A stretch of DNA of 58,484 nucleotides, from contig NC_068988.1 of NCBI RefSeq assembly GCF_001194135.2, positions 17,268,482 through 17,326,965 of the forward strand, written 5' to 3'. This DNA is from Octopus bimaculoides. Taxonomy: Eukaryota. Positions 10,694 through 22,732 of this stretch are shown here, in pieces (position 1 is the stretch's first letter; every line of letters begins with the position of its first letter). A model generated the notes under the pieces. It saw only the letters and a program-made list of their open reading frames with translations. It did not search any database and was not told the origin of the DNA. The position numbers and the translations under genes are program-made.

Positions 10694-11521
10694 TATGTTG
10701 CCATTGGGTATGGAACTATCAAGCATATTTCTTCGAATTTTCAAATATGATACCGTTGATAATTCTTTATGCTAAATGTTTTTCTCTTGAAATATCTCGG
10801 ATTTCGAAATGCCTGTACATTTGCATGTATAAACGGGAGATATATCTAATTGGATCATTGAATGCTCAAGATTCTCTCCGCGGTCTCATATGTTGCATTT
10901 AAAGGCATCAACATTCGATATGCATGGACACAACTCTAACCAAATACAAATTCTCCCATGTTTCGAAGGACCTGTTATTTTTCCAAGGACTGATAATGGA
11001 GTTTGATCTATCAAGAAAAAGAACTATTCGAAGCGAAAGTAACAAAATATTTTAAGCTGTAAAATGAATCGAAAACTTCACTTGATATCCATTAAACTAG
11101 TTCTCTGTTTACGCAAATACCGCCATAATATTTGAGACAGTTTCCATACCAACCAAATGTAAAAGAAAGTTTATCAGAGCAAATTGAAAAAATCGCAGCA
11201 AATATTCTGTATTACTGTTTTACATACGTTTGTTTATATTGGGGATGAACTGCAGTTCGAGTCATTGTGGATGTTGTTAATACATCCAGGAATTAAAATT
11301 TCTACTTACTGCCTTTATATGAATTATACGGACGTAGGGAAGGGGTGCACGTACGTGCACGCGTGTGTACCCCCATGTGTTGTATGCGTGTAAGGTAGCT
11401 GATAGGTTTTCACTTTCTTTTTAATATTTTGATTGAATTTATGAAAGGCAACATGAGAAGAGTAAAAGCTAGAGGTGAATATACCTTAGTCACAGGAAGA
11501 ATTTTCTATCCCATCACTTAC

Positions 11522-11561
11522 GTTTTTACAAGGTCTTCTGGTAGGGCTGGCAGGGAAGATA
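11522..11561 (-). CDS. Weak candidate 40-nt exon (SSLPALPEDLVK or IFPASPTRRPCKN)
   Basis: Minus-strand acceptor ttttatgctttattcAG and donor GTAAGT; two frames open. Confidence 0.2.
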
Positions 11562-12077
11562 CTGAATAAAGCATAAAATTTTGAAAGAGAACGTGTTTAC
11601 TTTTCATAGCTCTAAAACTGAAAAATCCTATGTGATAGTTGGTTCTTACACCCGCGTGTAATTTGTTAGGGTTAAATCCAGAAAACTGATTTCACTAATG
11701 TTTAGAAATGATTATGAACAGAGTGAAATCGTTATGATGTATTTCCCATTAAGACTAAATATATCTGCGACCTGCGAAATGGATATGCGAACATTAGCAG
11801 AGACAAGGACAGTGGGGTAAAATATATTATAATGGAATATAATTGTTGAATACTGTCACCTATGACTGAATGGACATTTGTAAATGATAAAGATTTCCTT
11901 AAATTTGTTTTTTATTCTTTGTTTCATTTCCGCAAGTTAGATGTGATGATACTAACGAGAAAATAATTCTGATCATGGAAATTTAACAAGGGATTCTATT
12001 TGTGTCTGTGCACCAGTCACATGACAAATACCAGAAAAAAAGTAACATATATGGGTTACATTTATATATATATAAAT

Positions 12078-12448
12078 GTGGAGGCGCAAAGGCCCAGTGG
12101 TTAGGGCAGCGGACTCGCGGTCGTAGGTTTCGATTCCCAGATCGGGTGTTGTGAATGTTTATTGAGCGAAAGCACCTAAAGCTCCACAAGGTTCCGGCAG
12201 TGGAGGGCGAACCCTGCTGTACTCTTTCATCATAACTTTCTTTCAATCTTTCTTCATATTTCTGTTGTACCTGTATTTCAAAGGGCCAACCTTGTCACAC
12301 TCTATGTGATGTTAAATCTCCTCGAGAACTACGTTAAGGGTACACGTGTCTGTCGAGTGTTCAGCCACTTGTACGTTAATTTCACAAGCAGGTTGTTCCA
12401 TTGATCGGATCAACTTGTACCCTCGTAGTCGTAACCGATGGACTGCCA
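12078..12448 (+). mobile_element. SINE S1, full length, more diverged
   Basis: Collinear with 7768-8143. Confidence 0.9.
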
Positions 12449-12482
12449 CGATATATGGATATATGTCATTGTAGTGCATGCG

Positions 12483-12498
12483 TATGTATGTATGTATG

Positions 12499-12529
<31 letters not shown>

Positions 12530-12812
12530 CTCTTGTTTTTAATTATTTAAATTCTTCCTTTGAAGTAGAAGCTGGTCTCTAGCGAAGATACAAAGCTACA
12601 TCATTGGAATGTAGGTAACAAAAGCAACGTCACATTTTATACCTAAGACAAGTCTTGCATATTTGTACTGTTCCGCTTACACATTGTATTTCTAATGTGC
12701 GAGTAAGTTGGTTTATTTCTTTTTGTGAAAATCCAAGCTTATCCAGACCGACAGTTAGGCATATATTTATAAAATCAGGTGCTCCAGTTATCATTGATAT
12801 AGACGTAAAGTA
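12483..12812 (-). mobile_element. 3' end of an RLE-bearing (R2/R4-superfamily-like) non-LTR retrotransposon with (TACA)n tail
   Basis: Minus-strand peptide ITGAPDFINICLTVGLDKLGFSQKEINQLTRTLEIQCVSGTVQICKTCLRYKM* resembles, from memory, RLE-LINE C-termini (IIGALG...L.KLGF...L.IQ.VSGTVKICKTFL.F). About 100 nt of 3'UTR, then (TACA)n at 12483-12527. Confidence 0.6.
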
Positions 12813-13778
12813 TGTATATATATATGTACGGATGCATGTATGCATATTTATGTATATAGGAAGGTCAATTACATTTCTCGTCTAATCAGTTACTAATAGC
12901 AGCTATTTGCGGATACCAGGCTTAAGGGATCTTCTACGTGAGCGCTAACATGACTGCCAAACACCAACGTAAATCAAATTTTTTTGTGACTAATATATAT
13001 AGTAATTTTCAAAAGAAGCCCAATGTTAGTTTCTCTGCTGTTGTGCATGCGTCTAAAATGGATGGACATAACTGTAATGGATATTAGCAAGGCATGTATA
13101 TAAGCATCTCGTGCTCGTTTTCTGATGTTCCCTTACACAGATAACAAAACCAGCTTTCGAAAGTCTGATGAGATTACAAGTGGGCCACTCGTATTAACTT
13201 CAGCACCTCCTACTACACAAAACCTAAACATCCTGCTATTCTTGTACATTGTGCATCAGTATTTGAGAAGCAATTCGATTTTTCTGAGATTGTAATCATG
13301 TCTTAAACGTTTGAGATCACTATTCACTTTGCTTCTGTAGTAGACGTAAAAAATTATCTATGCTGGAATTTAAGGAGTGTTAAATATACGCTGTTATGAT
13401 TACAGCACACATACAGATACACACACATATGCATACATAATACAGATACATACAGAAGAATATATATATATATCGAGTGTGAGAGAGTGTAAGAGAGAGA
13501 GAAAGAAAATTGACACAGCGATAGATTGATAGATTAATAGATAGATACATACATACATGCATACAGACAGACAGTGACAGACAAAGATAGACAGAAATAG
13601 AAAGACACAACACACCGTGTCTGATGTGTGAGTATGTGTAAATGTGTATGAACATGTGTGTGCTTGTATGTGTGCTTATGTGTGTGCATATTTGTGTGCA
13701 TATGTGTAGCCGTGAAAGACACCAGTAATTTATTTTAGAATCTATCAAGTTCAGCTCACGCAGGCACACACACACACA

Positions 13779-13826
<48 letters not shown>

Positions 13827-14372
13827 CGCACACATACATTTGCACAGTAAATGTGAGAAACGTTCTTCAGATTCCTATCATACAAGGACATGTGTACTCT
13901 TCTACCCTCTTCTCTTCGCCCTCCTTTCCCACCACTACAACTGCTATGGTGTACTGTTACTGCTACTGCACCTACAACCACTTCGACGACATCAACACTG
14001 ACAAAGAAGCAATAATGATGTTTTCACAAAATTCAATTCATTATTGATTATCCTTCCACTGTGTTTCCTGGTAGGAGGGAAAGCACTCGTGCTAACACTA
14101 AGGGAGATAAGTCATCCAGCCTAGGAACTTCACAGTTGGAAATGATGGCTAAAAATATATTGTCCAGTTGTTGTAGGTTTGAACAGTGAGGTTAGATGTA
14201 TATATGTATGTGTGTGACTGTGTGTTAATTTATTGTAATATTTTATGTCAGAGAAATGTTTGCTTTGCTTTACAGACGAGCGTCTCTGGATATTTTAGAT
14301 TATTATGAGGTTTGGTTTCTTGTGGCTAGTGTGGACACATCCAGAATTTCCTTTAACCTCATTAACGTGTGA

Positions 14373-14407
<35 letters not shown>

Positions 14408-14536
14408 GTGTGCTCACGCGTGGTAGATATTCCCTGCGAAGCAGCGTAGGCGACAAAGGCTTCGGAGCGCCACTGGTCAGACAAGTTTGACAACTACTTC
14501 GGCGCACGGAAACCTAGACACTCGCCAAGATATAAA

Positions 14537-14579
<43 letters not shown>

Positions 14580-14695
14580 TTGTATATAGAAGAATATATT
14601 ACTCAAAGAATTTCCAACTTCGATTTTCACGTTTTATTTACAATCTTATAATAATACGAGTATAATGAAATGATAGAATATTAAATATTATATAT

Positions 14696-14744
<49 letters not shown>

Positions 14745-14989
14745 CAGTATCAGAAGCATACATTGAGTTCATATACTACTTACGTCCCTTTATTCTGTGT
14801 ATAGATTAAGCATCAGCTGTTTCTAGTATATATCTCTTATCAATAAGTTTCCGCTCTTCTGAGATTTCTTGTTGAAATAATTACTCACTGTAGAACGAGG
14901 TCAATTTAATCGATTTTTACTCCTCCAAAATATGTAACAGTGCTCCCATGCTAAACTTACCATTTATTGTTAAAGAATATTATTGAAAA

Positions 14990-15040
<51 letters not shown>
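14990..15040. repeat. (ATT)n microsatellite
   Basis: Direct reading of the sequence. Confidence 0.95.
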
Positions 15041-15575
15041 GAGAAAGCAATGCTTCCTATCAAAGTGACACTGGGCTACAAATATACGAAGCCCAGTATG
15101 CCCATCATGACTACCCGTCTGATAAGGGCACACTAGGCACATGCATCCCAACCATATGTGCGCGACATAGTGATCTCATATCAGGATTAACAGCGCATGA
15201 CCTTGCAGGTGGGGCCCAGTTAGAATTTTCTTCATGTCGAGTAGCCCATCCCGTTCAAAAGGTCTCCGAATAAGGGTTGTTTAAGTATGTTGAGCAAAAC
15301 ACCCAAGTTTCCAAAGGTGAATTATTCAAGCCCCAAAGAATTCCTCTCAACACATGGCTATGATGCTCCCCCACTACCTCTGCTCATGATCAGAGATGCA
15401 CATATCGTCAGCCACCAAGGGACAAGCTCAACTGGTTACGGTCAAGCAACTGATAAGCAAATCTGTGGTATTGAGCAGAATATTTGCTGTAGTCCATCTT
15501 TTATGCCACGACAAAACAATGTACATGATAACACTCCCAATCAATTAAGTTCAGATGCCAAGAGAGCCACTGCCT
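15041..15575. repeat. Unclassified interspersed repeat U1, about 530 bp, bounded by (ATT)n and (GTT/GCT)n
   Basis: Second copy at 9185-9345; no recognisable coding motif, TIR or tRNA head. Confidence 0.65.
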
Positions 15576-15634
15576 GTTGTTGTTGTTGTTGTTGTTGTTG
15601 CTGTTGTTGCTGTTGTTGCTGCTGCTGCTGCTAA

Positions 15635-15858
15635 GGAGCCGTGATGGCAGAATCTTTAACACGCCGAGCGAAATACTCAGCGTTAATGCGTCCGTCTTTA
15701 CATTCTGAGTTCAAATTCCACCGAGATCGACTTTTCTTTTTATCCTTTCAAGGTCGACAAATTAAGTACCAGTGAAACACTGGGGACGATGTAATCGACT
15801 AGTCCATCTCCCCCAAAATCTCAGGCAGTGTACCCTTAATAGAAAGGATTACTATTAT
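15635..15858 (+). mobile_element. SINE S3
   Basis: ggcagaatctttaacacgccgagcgaaat...ttctgagttcaaattccaccgag...ggtcgacaaattaagtaccagt...agaaaggattactattatt. Confidence 0.9.
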
Positions 15859-15859
15859 T

Positions 15860-16070
15860 AAGCCGGTGAGCATGCAGACTTCTTAGCAGACCGGGTGAAA
15901 TGCTTAGCAGTATTTCTTTTGCTGCAACGTTCTGAGTTCAAATTCCGCCGAGGTCGACTTTGCCTTTCAACCTTTTGGGTCCGATAAATTAAGTACTAGT
16001 TGAGTACTGCAGTCGATGTGATCGGCTATCCTCCTCTCCATAAAATTCAGGTCTTGTGCCTATAATAGAA

Positions 16071-16110
<40 letters not shown>
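15860..16110 (+). mobile_element. SINE S3, tandem second copy with long (ATT)n tail
   Basis: Collinear with the preceding copy. Confidence 0.9.
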
Positions 16111-16112
<2 letters not shown>

Positions 16113-16129
16113 GCTGTTGTTTTTACTGA

Positions 16130-16285
16130 TGCGGTGACACGTCAGAACCTTTAGCATGCCGAACAAAATATTTAGTGGAATTATGAGATCTATAAAATAA
16201 GTATCAGTTGAACACTGAAGTCTATGTAAACGACTTACCTCTCCCTTCAAAACTGCAGGCCTTGTGCCAAAATATGATGTATTTA
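16130..16285 (+). mobile_element. SINE S3, degenerate and deleted third copy
   Basis: gcggtgacacgtcagaacctttagcatgccgaacaaaat...gccttgtgccaaaat. Confidence 0.6.
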
Positions 16286-16766
16286 TTCTTGCCATCATTA
16301 TTTTATTCCATAGCTTTTAACGGTTTCAAGCGCGTTTCTACTGTACAATATGGCTCCACCCCATGCTCCGTAATATTTGCAGCATTTTGCTCGGATGATC
16401 TAGAGTTGTGTTAGTATCATATATCAGGTTCATTTTGTAGGTGGATTCATTTCGTTGCTTTTAGTACTATTTCACTGTTTTGTTTCTTGTGTAGAATATA
16501 TGAGTATTTTGTTAGGTTGTTATGGAATGCTTGTGTTTCGTGCACGGGTTATATGTAGTATTATGTGTTTTAATATCTGACGGTGATGTATAGTGTGTCC
16601 GCTGGGGCAGGGTAGTGTTATATTATTGGGGAACAAGTGTATTTACTTTATGATTGTTGCTGGCGTTGTAGTAGAGAATGTCGGTTATGTAAGAGTATAC
16701 GATACATTATTTGCTTTGCAGAATATGTAGGATATGCATGGGTTGTAACATACTAGTTAGTGGAAA

Positions 16767-16985
16767 GGCGGTGATCTAATACAACTGTTAGCATGCCGGA
16801 CGAAATACTTGGCGGCATTTGTTCTGTCTTTGCGTTCGGTGTTCAAAAGGTCACCGATCTCGTCTTTGCTTTTCATCCCGTTCGGGGTTGATAAAATAAG
16901 TACCAGTCGAATACTAGGGTCGATGTAATTGACTAGTCCTTTTCACCAGGCTTCAAGCTTTTTGCCTATAGTAGAAAAGATACTT
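16767..16985 (+). mobile_element. SINE S3
   Basis: aaggcggtgatct...gttagcatgccggacgaaatacttggcggcattt...tttttgcctatagtagaaaagat. Confidence 0.85.
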
Positions 16986-16990
16986 ATGTA

Positions 16991-17310
16991 AAAGGGTAAA
17001 GATCCTCTTCGGTCATGAATGACCATGGGATAGCACCTAGAAAGTTCCCCTCCGAAGCACAAGTCTGGGGAAGGTTGTTTATGGAAGACCAGCAGTGGCC
17101 CATACATAGCAGCCTCACCTCTCTACGCCACCGATGTTATACAAGCGAAAGGCAAAGATCGATATAGCTTCGCACCAGTGACGGTGCAAAGCATTTCTAC
17201 AGTTGAGGGAACTGGAGCAATGTGAAATAAAGTCTCTTTCTCAAGAACACAACGCACAGATCAATCCAGGAATCGAACTCACTACCTCATAATTGTGAGT
17301 TCGACGCTCT
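16991..17310 (-). mobile_element. SINE family S4 with tRNA-Val(CAC)-like head, extreme 5' end missing
   Basis: Reverse complement agagcgtcgaaCTCACAAttatgaggtagtGAGTTCGATTCCtgg...gttgtgttcttgagaaagagactttatttcacattgctcc...ggtcattcatgaccgaagaggatctttaccctttt. Confidence 0.7.
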
Positions 17311-18063
17311 TGCAAATACTTTAGTTAATTTCGTATAAAGTGTATTTTTGTATTAAATAATCACTGTACAGAATATGAATTGTATGTAGTGCACATAGAG
17401 TGTATTTTATAAATTATGGTTGCTATTCTATTTAAAGTGTCTGATATAGGATATAGGTTAGACATTTTACTGAATCATGTGTTTGTGTTTTTTTTTAATG
17501 TTTATCTCCATGTACATTATACTACTTCACATTCCAGTTATTAGCAGTATATTTTACCCTCTCATACATTAGGCCGTATTTATTTCAACAGAAAAATCCT
17601 TTTATTTTGTCAGATTTTCTACAACCTCCTAGAACATATTTTCTGCCATATCGATATCTTTGAAAATTTGGACATTGATTTGTTTCAAGCGTTGTTGTTT
17701 AAATATAGACCACTCGTTTGGACTATTTATCATTTCGTACGTGTTCCAAATGACTTATCAGGTTGGTGTCTTGTATAGAATTTCCTATATATTTTTACCA
17801 CTTTTAGTCTGCTACGATATCAATGTCCCGCCATACTCAACGAAAACTTAGGTGCTGAATCACTGGGGCTTAGTGAAGAAGAAACAAGATATCATGCGAC
17901 CAGTGATTGTTTGTCATAATTGCAAAATAAGCACTTCTTTTCTTCACTATATTGAGTTTAAACTTATGTTTTCCTTACTTTGAGTGACCTAATGTAGCAT
18001 TGGTAGTTAGCAATTGCTCCTGCAATTCTTGCAGATAATATTCTGAGAAATATGTGTACTCTG

Positions 18064-18094
<31 letters not shown>

Positions 18095-19209
18095 GTTGAA
18101 ATTTACAGGAAAACAAAGTTTTGACACATTGAATAACGATAATATTACAAACGCTATGTTTGAAGTCGACGGAATGGGTACGGCGAGAATGCTTTTGACC
18201 TCAAAACAACTTGGTAACTAGATGCAACAGCTACAATTCTTAGTCATCAGGACTAAGTCCTTATCTAGTCCGCCGATGTTGAGTTTTTTTTTTCTGTATC
18301 ATTCGGATATTAGAAATATATTTTGCCATTATCTTACAAAAGCATCTTGTAATTTTGTTTTACTTAAGATTTTCGCTTTATCTTTTTTGTTGCCATTGTT
18401 TCCTTATCAAACGCATTGGTGTCTGTTATCTCAGCTTCACTTGTATATTTGTTAGCCTCTCTGAGGACGGATAAAAAGAACGTGTTTTTATTTCTTTGTG
18501 ATTTCTATCTATTTGTACTAGTTTCCCTCCATTATCCATTACATACGTTTGTAGTTATAGATCAGATATTTTATAATAGTTTTCTATTTGCATAAGAAAC
18601 CTACTTCCCCCTCTTCATAGTAAATATCATCTTTATGTGTCGGATTCAATTTCAGATTTAATATCTCTCGATTGATGAAATCTACGTTAGAAAAAAAAGA
18701 AACAAACACAATTTTCAATTTCCACTTTATTTTTAAATGTTCTGTTTTGTTATACCTTCCCATCTCCACTTATCTATTTATGTTTATATATTTATTCAGT
18801 TTATGACCACTATAAAAAAATTTGAAGCACTTTCATCGTCAACATATCTGGCTATTAAATGATTTACTGTCTAAAGTTTAATTGGTCGCATAAGTAACAT
18901 ATCGTTGATAACGGAGAACATAATTTCATATCATACACATTTAAAATGTGGGTGGACTCTAATCTAACTACATATTTTTCATGATAACCATGGCGCGTGT
19001 GAGGAGTGAAAAAGGACCGGAAATAGTTATGTTCAGTAAAATTGAGACGTCTTAATTTTTTCTTTTCAAACATGGTGGGACATGACAAGCGCCTATTATC
19101 CATTACAGGCGTAATCGACTTACTCCCAACCTCAGACTTGTGGGTCTCGTGCCAAAATTTAAAGTCATTATTATTATTCTTTCTAATATTGAAACAAGAG
19201 CAGCAGTTT

Positions 19210-19328
19210 TGTGTAGAGGTGGCAAGTTGATCGGGGCGTAATTTGAGCTCAGAATGTAAAAAGTAGGATGAAATGCTGTTAGATACATTTTTTCGTATAC
19301 ACTAACGGATTTAAAAGCTCACCGCCTT
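19210..19328 (-). mobile_element. SINE S3 head fragment
   Basis: Reverse complement aaggcggtgagc...ccgttag...acattctgagctcaaattacgcc. Confidence 0.65.
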
Positions 19329-19571
19329 ACAGGTGAAAATTAAGAAATAACAACATATGTGATGATATCAACGTCATTTTCTATTGTTGAAAATGTCAAT
19401 GTTTTCTAAGGAGTAGATATTTCAATTCTGTCAGTGCCATATAATGTCGAATTCATGGTCACTTATAATATTGCTTTAAAATTTTGGCACAAGACCAGCA
19501 AGTTGGGCCGAGGGAGCAAATCAACTGCATCAACCTCCTAATGCTTGCGTTTATACCATTAGAACAGTATA

Positions 19572-19760
19572 AAGGCGGCGATTTGACAGAATCGTTAGCA
19601 TGCCGGATGAACTGCTTAGCGGCATTTCATCCGTCTACATGTTCTGAGTTCAAATTCCATCGAGGTCAACTTTGACTTTCATCCTTTGGGGGTCGATAAA
19701 TTAAGTACAACCCACCAAAAATTTCGGGCCTTGTGCCAAGTGTAGAAAGGAATATATTAG
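19572..19760 (+). mobile_element. SINE S3
   Basis: aaggcggcgatttgacagaatcgttagcatgccgg...gagttcaaattcc...gccttgtgccaagtgtagaaaggaatat. Confidence 0.88.
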
Positions 19761-20014
19761 AAAATAATAAAATAATATAACATGATACATAAGAAATGCT
19801 TGTGTGTGTATGTGTGTGTGTATGAGTGTGTGTATGTGTGTGTACAAATACCATTGTATGGAAAAGCAAAAAATTAACATATGAGGTTGTATGTGCGTGG
19901 GCGTACAAGGAAGCAGGTGGATTTATGCAAACATGAAAGGGATAAGAAAAATTTTCTTGAACTTAATATATACACTTTCTATAATTCATTCATACATTCT
20001 TATTACCGGCTCAG

Positions 20015-20062
<48 letters not shown>

Positions 20063-20933
20063 GCGTGTGCGTGCGTAAAAATGTGTATCTATATGCACTT
20101 ATATATGAATATATGTGTATGTACATGTCTACATATAGATACACATTTTACATATGAGTCTCTCTCTCTCNNNNNNNNNNNNNNNNNNNNNNNNNNNNNN
20201 NNNNNNNNNNNNNNNNNNNNNNNNNNNNNNNNNNNNNNNNNNNNNNNNNNNNNNNNNNNNNNNNNNNNNNNNNNNNNNNNNNNNNNNNNNNNNNNNNNNN
20301 NNNNNNNNNNNNNNNNNNNNNNNNNNNNNNNNNNNNNNNNNNNNNNNNNNNNNNNNNNNNNNNNNNNNNNNNNNNNNNNNNNNNNNNNNNNNNNNNNNNN
20401 NNNNNNNNNNNNNNNNNNNNNNNNNNNNNNNNNNNNNNNNNNNNNNNNNNNNNNNNNNNNNNNNNNNNNNNNNNNNNNNNNNNNNNNNNNNNNNNNNNNN
20501 NNNNNNNNNNNNNNNNNNNNNNNNNNNNNNNNNNNNNNNNNNNNNNNNNNNNNNNNNNNNNNNNNNNNNNNNNNNNNNNNNNNNNNNNNNNNNNNNNNNN
20601 NNNNNNNNNNNNNNNNNNNNNNNNNNNNNNNNNNNNNNNNNNNNNNNNNNNNNNNNNNNNNNNNNNNNNNNNNNNNNNNNNNNTATATATGCATATAGTG
20701 CACTTTCTAATGTAACGGCAAACTACATTTCGTATGTTTGGTTGACAAATGTCAAAGCTTTTATGCGGATTTTAGAAATATGTCCGTGTAAACATTTTTA
20801 GCATTAACCTTTTCACTGACTTAATCATCAGAGTAACTTAGAGTTGTACCCTTGGAAACAAATAATGATCTAGTTGTGATCACTCTACTTGTTAGAAAAC
20901 GCAGCTAAATAGCCCAGATATAGTTTCATGACT

Positions 20934-21329
20934 GTGGAGGCGCAATGGCCTAGTGGATAGGGCAGCGGACTCGCGGTTATAGGATCGCAGTTTCGATTCC
21001 CAGATTGGGCGTTGTGAGTGTTTATTGAGTGAAAACGCCTTAATGCTCCACGAGACTCCGGCAGGGGATGGTGGCGAACCCTGCTGTACTCTTTCACCAA
21101 AACTTTCTCTCACTCTTACTTCCTGTTTCTGTTGTGCCTGTAATTCAAAGGGTCAGCCTTGTCACACTGTGTCACGCTGAATATCCCCGAGAACTACGTT
21201 AAGGGTACACGTGTCTGTGGAGTGCTCAGCCACTTGCACGTTAATTTCACGAGCAGGCTGTTCCGTTGATCGGATCAACTGGAACCCTCGATGTCATAAG
21301 CGATGGAGTGCCAACAACAACAACAACAA
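20934..21329 (+). mobile_element. SINE S1, full length with (CAA)n tail
   Basis: Collinear with 7768-8143. Confidence 0.92.
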
Positions 21330-21337
21330 TTTATTTA

Positions 21338-21668
21338 ATCGAACAAATCGACCCAAGGCCTTATTATTTTTTTAAGACTGGTGCCTATTCTGTCTGTCTC
21401 TTTTGCTAACCGCTAAGTTACGGGGACACGAAAAGATCAACATGGGTTGTCAAATATTGGTGAGGAGACAAACACAGACACAAAGACACACATAGATATA
21501 TACATAGGTAGGCTTCCTCCAGTTTCCGTCTACCAAATGCACTCACATGGCTTTTGTCTGCCCGAAGTTTTTGTAGAAAACACTTGCCAAAAGTGCCACG
21601 CAATGGGATCGAACCCGGAACGTATAGTTGGGAAGCAAGCTTCTTACCGTACAGCCACGTCTGCACCT
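21338..21668 (-). mobile_element. SINE S2 lacking its 3' terminus
   Basis: Collinear with 41004-41427. Confidence 0.85.
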
Positions 21669-22732
21669 GTCTTCTTGATGTTTCTATATCTTTCATCACA
21701 TTTGTAAAACAACAACAGCAACAACATTAATCACTTTCAGTAATCCCTTTCATTTAGCCACAGATAACATTTAAATAGAATGTATTGTTATGTATAAATA
21801 TAAACGTTGAAAAACGTTAATAAATTATGAAAAAAATGTTGAATGGAAAGACTGAATAAAGTTGAAGGACTTTACACAATAGATGTTAATCAATTTTCTT
21901 TCAGTTGATGTTACCAGTGAATAATTAAAACAACATTCAGTTTAAAACGGAGACCACTTCCTCCAGTTGAGAAAACACCACAAGCATATATCGGACTATT
22001 TTACGTTATTGATTACAAAAGAGTTCCCATTCTGTCTAGTGCTTTTGGGCTATGGGTTCTTCACAGTTGATGAATTTAGGTTGTCTATAGGATGCCATCT
22101 TCGATTTTTGTTTTTATCTTACCTCCTGCAAACGGCTTTCGTCTAGTCTCCATCCTTTCTACTGGATGGGGTGATATTGAACATGTATATTTAAAACAAT
22201 AACCGTATTTTCTCAATACTTTACAAAGCTAGTGTTTGAATTAGTTATTATATTTCCAAATAAGTAATACAGTCGGTCAACATAGACTACAAAACTGATG
22301 CGAAGGAACAGAAGCGGTCAGATTTAGAGCGTTATACACTCGTAGAAGCTCTTTGAAGTGGGCTCGACGCAGAGTTCGTGTCCTGTCACTGAGAGCTGGT
22401 AAGTTCTGAAATATTCAAGCTTGCTTAGTATGGAGATGTAATTTCTTATCATTTACAACCACAGATTTAGGACAATATAACATTCATGGATTTGAGAACA
22501 ATCAAGTTGCTTCTGCAAGCAAATGTGAACATTTTGTAGTTTAAAAGTGGGGACAGACAACGTGTTGATTCGGGTATAGGGAAAAGAATGGTATTTTAAG
22601 GGACGTTTAAATCATAAACAAGCAGTGGAATATTGTAGGTATAGTATATCTGACGCTAAAATAGGCATCTTCTCGAAAGATGTTACAAATGTATTTCTGC
22701 TAACCAACAAACAAAATGTCAACATACGTCGT

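Noticed and set aside
12648-12702. Plus-strand exon-like segment ending at GTAAGT
   Set aside because: It lies antisense within the RLE-LINE relic, which explains the sequence better.
13141-13300. CTGATGA at 13165 and a candidate exon after cccttacacAG
   Set aside because: No GAAA partner for a ribozyme; no convincing donor or recognisable peptide for an exon.
16300-16760. Possible Penelope GIY-YIG/3' fragment on the minus strand
   Set aside because: Only strand bias and a lone GAAACGCG support it; no alignable motif.
20015-20801. Long ORFs in the track containing X runs (also at 24145, 30900-32492, 34061, 36030, 47941, 52081, 54759, 56605)
   Set aside because: They are open only because they cross N-gaps and microsatellites (YIYI, CVCV, poly-L/I/Y); they are not genes.
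22123-22161. 39-nt minus-strand candidate exon (ERMETRRKPFAG)
   Set aside because: Weak acceptor; pairs like this are expected by chance in 58 kb.
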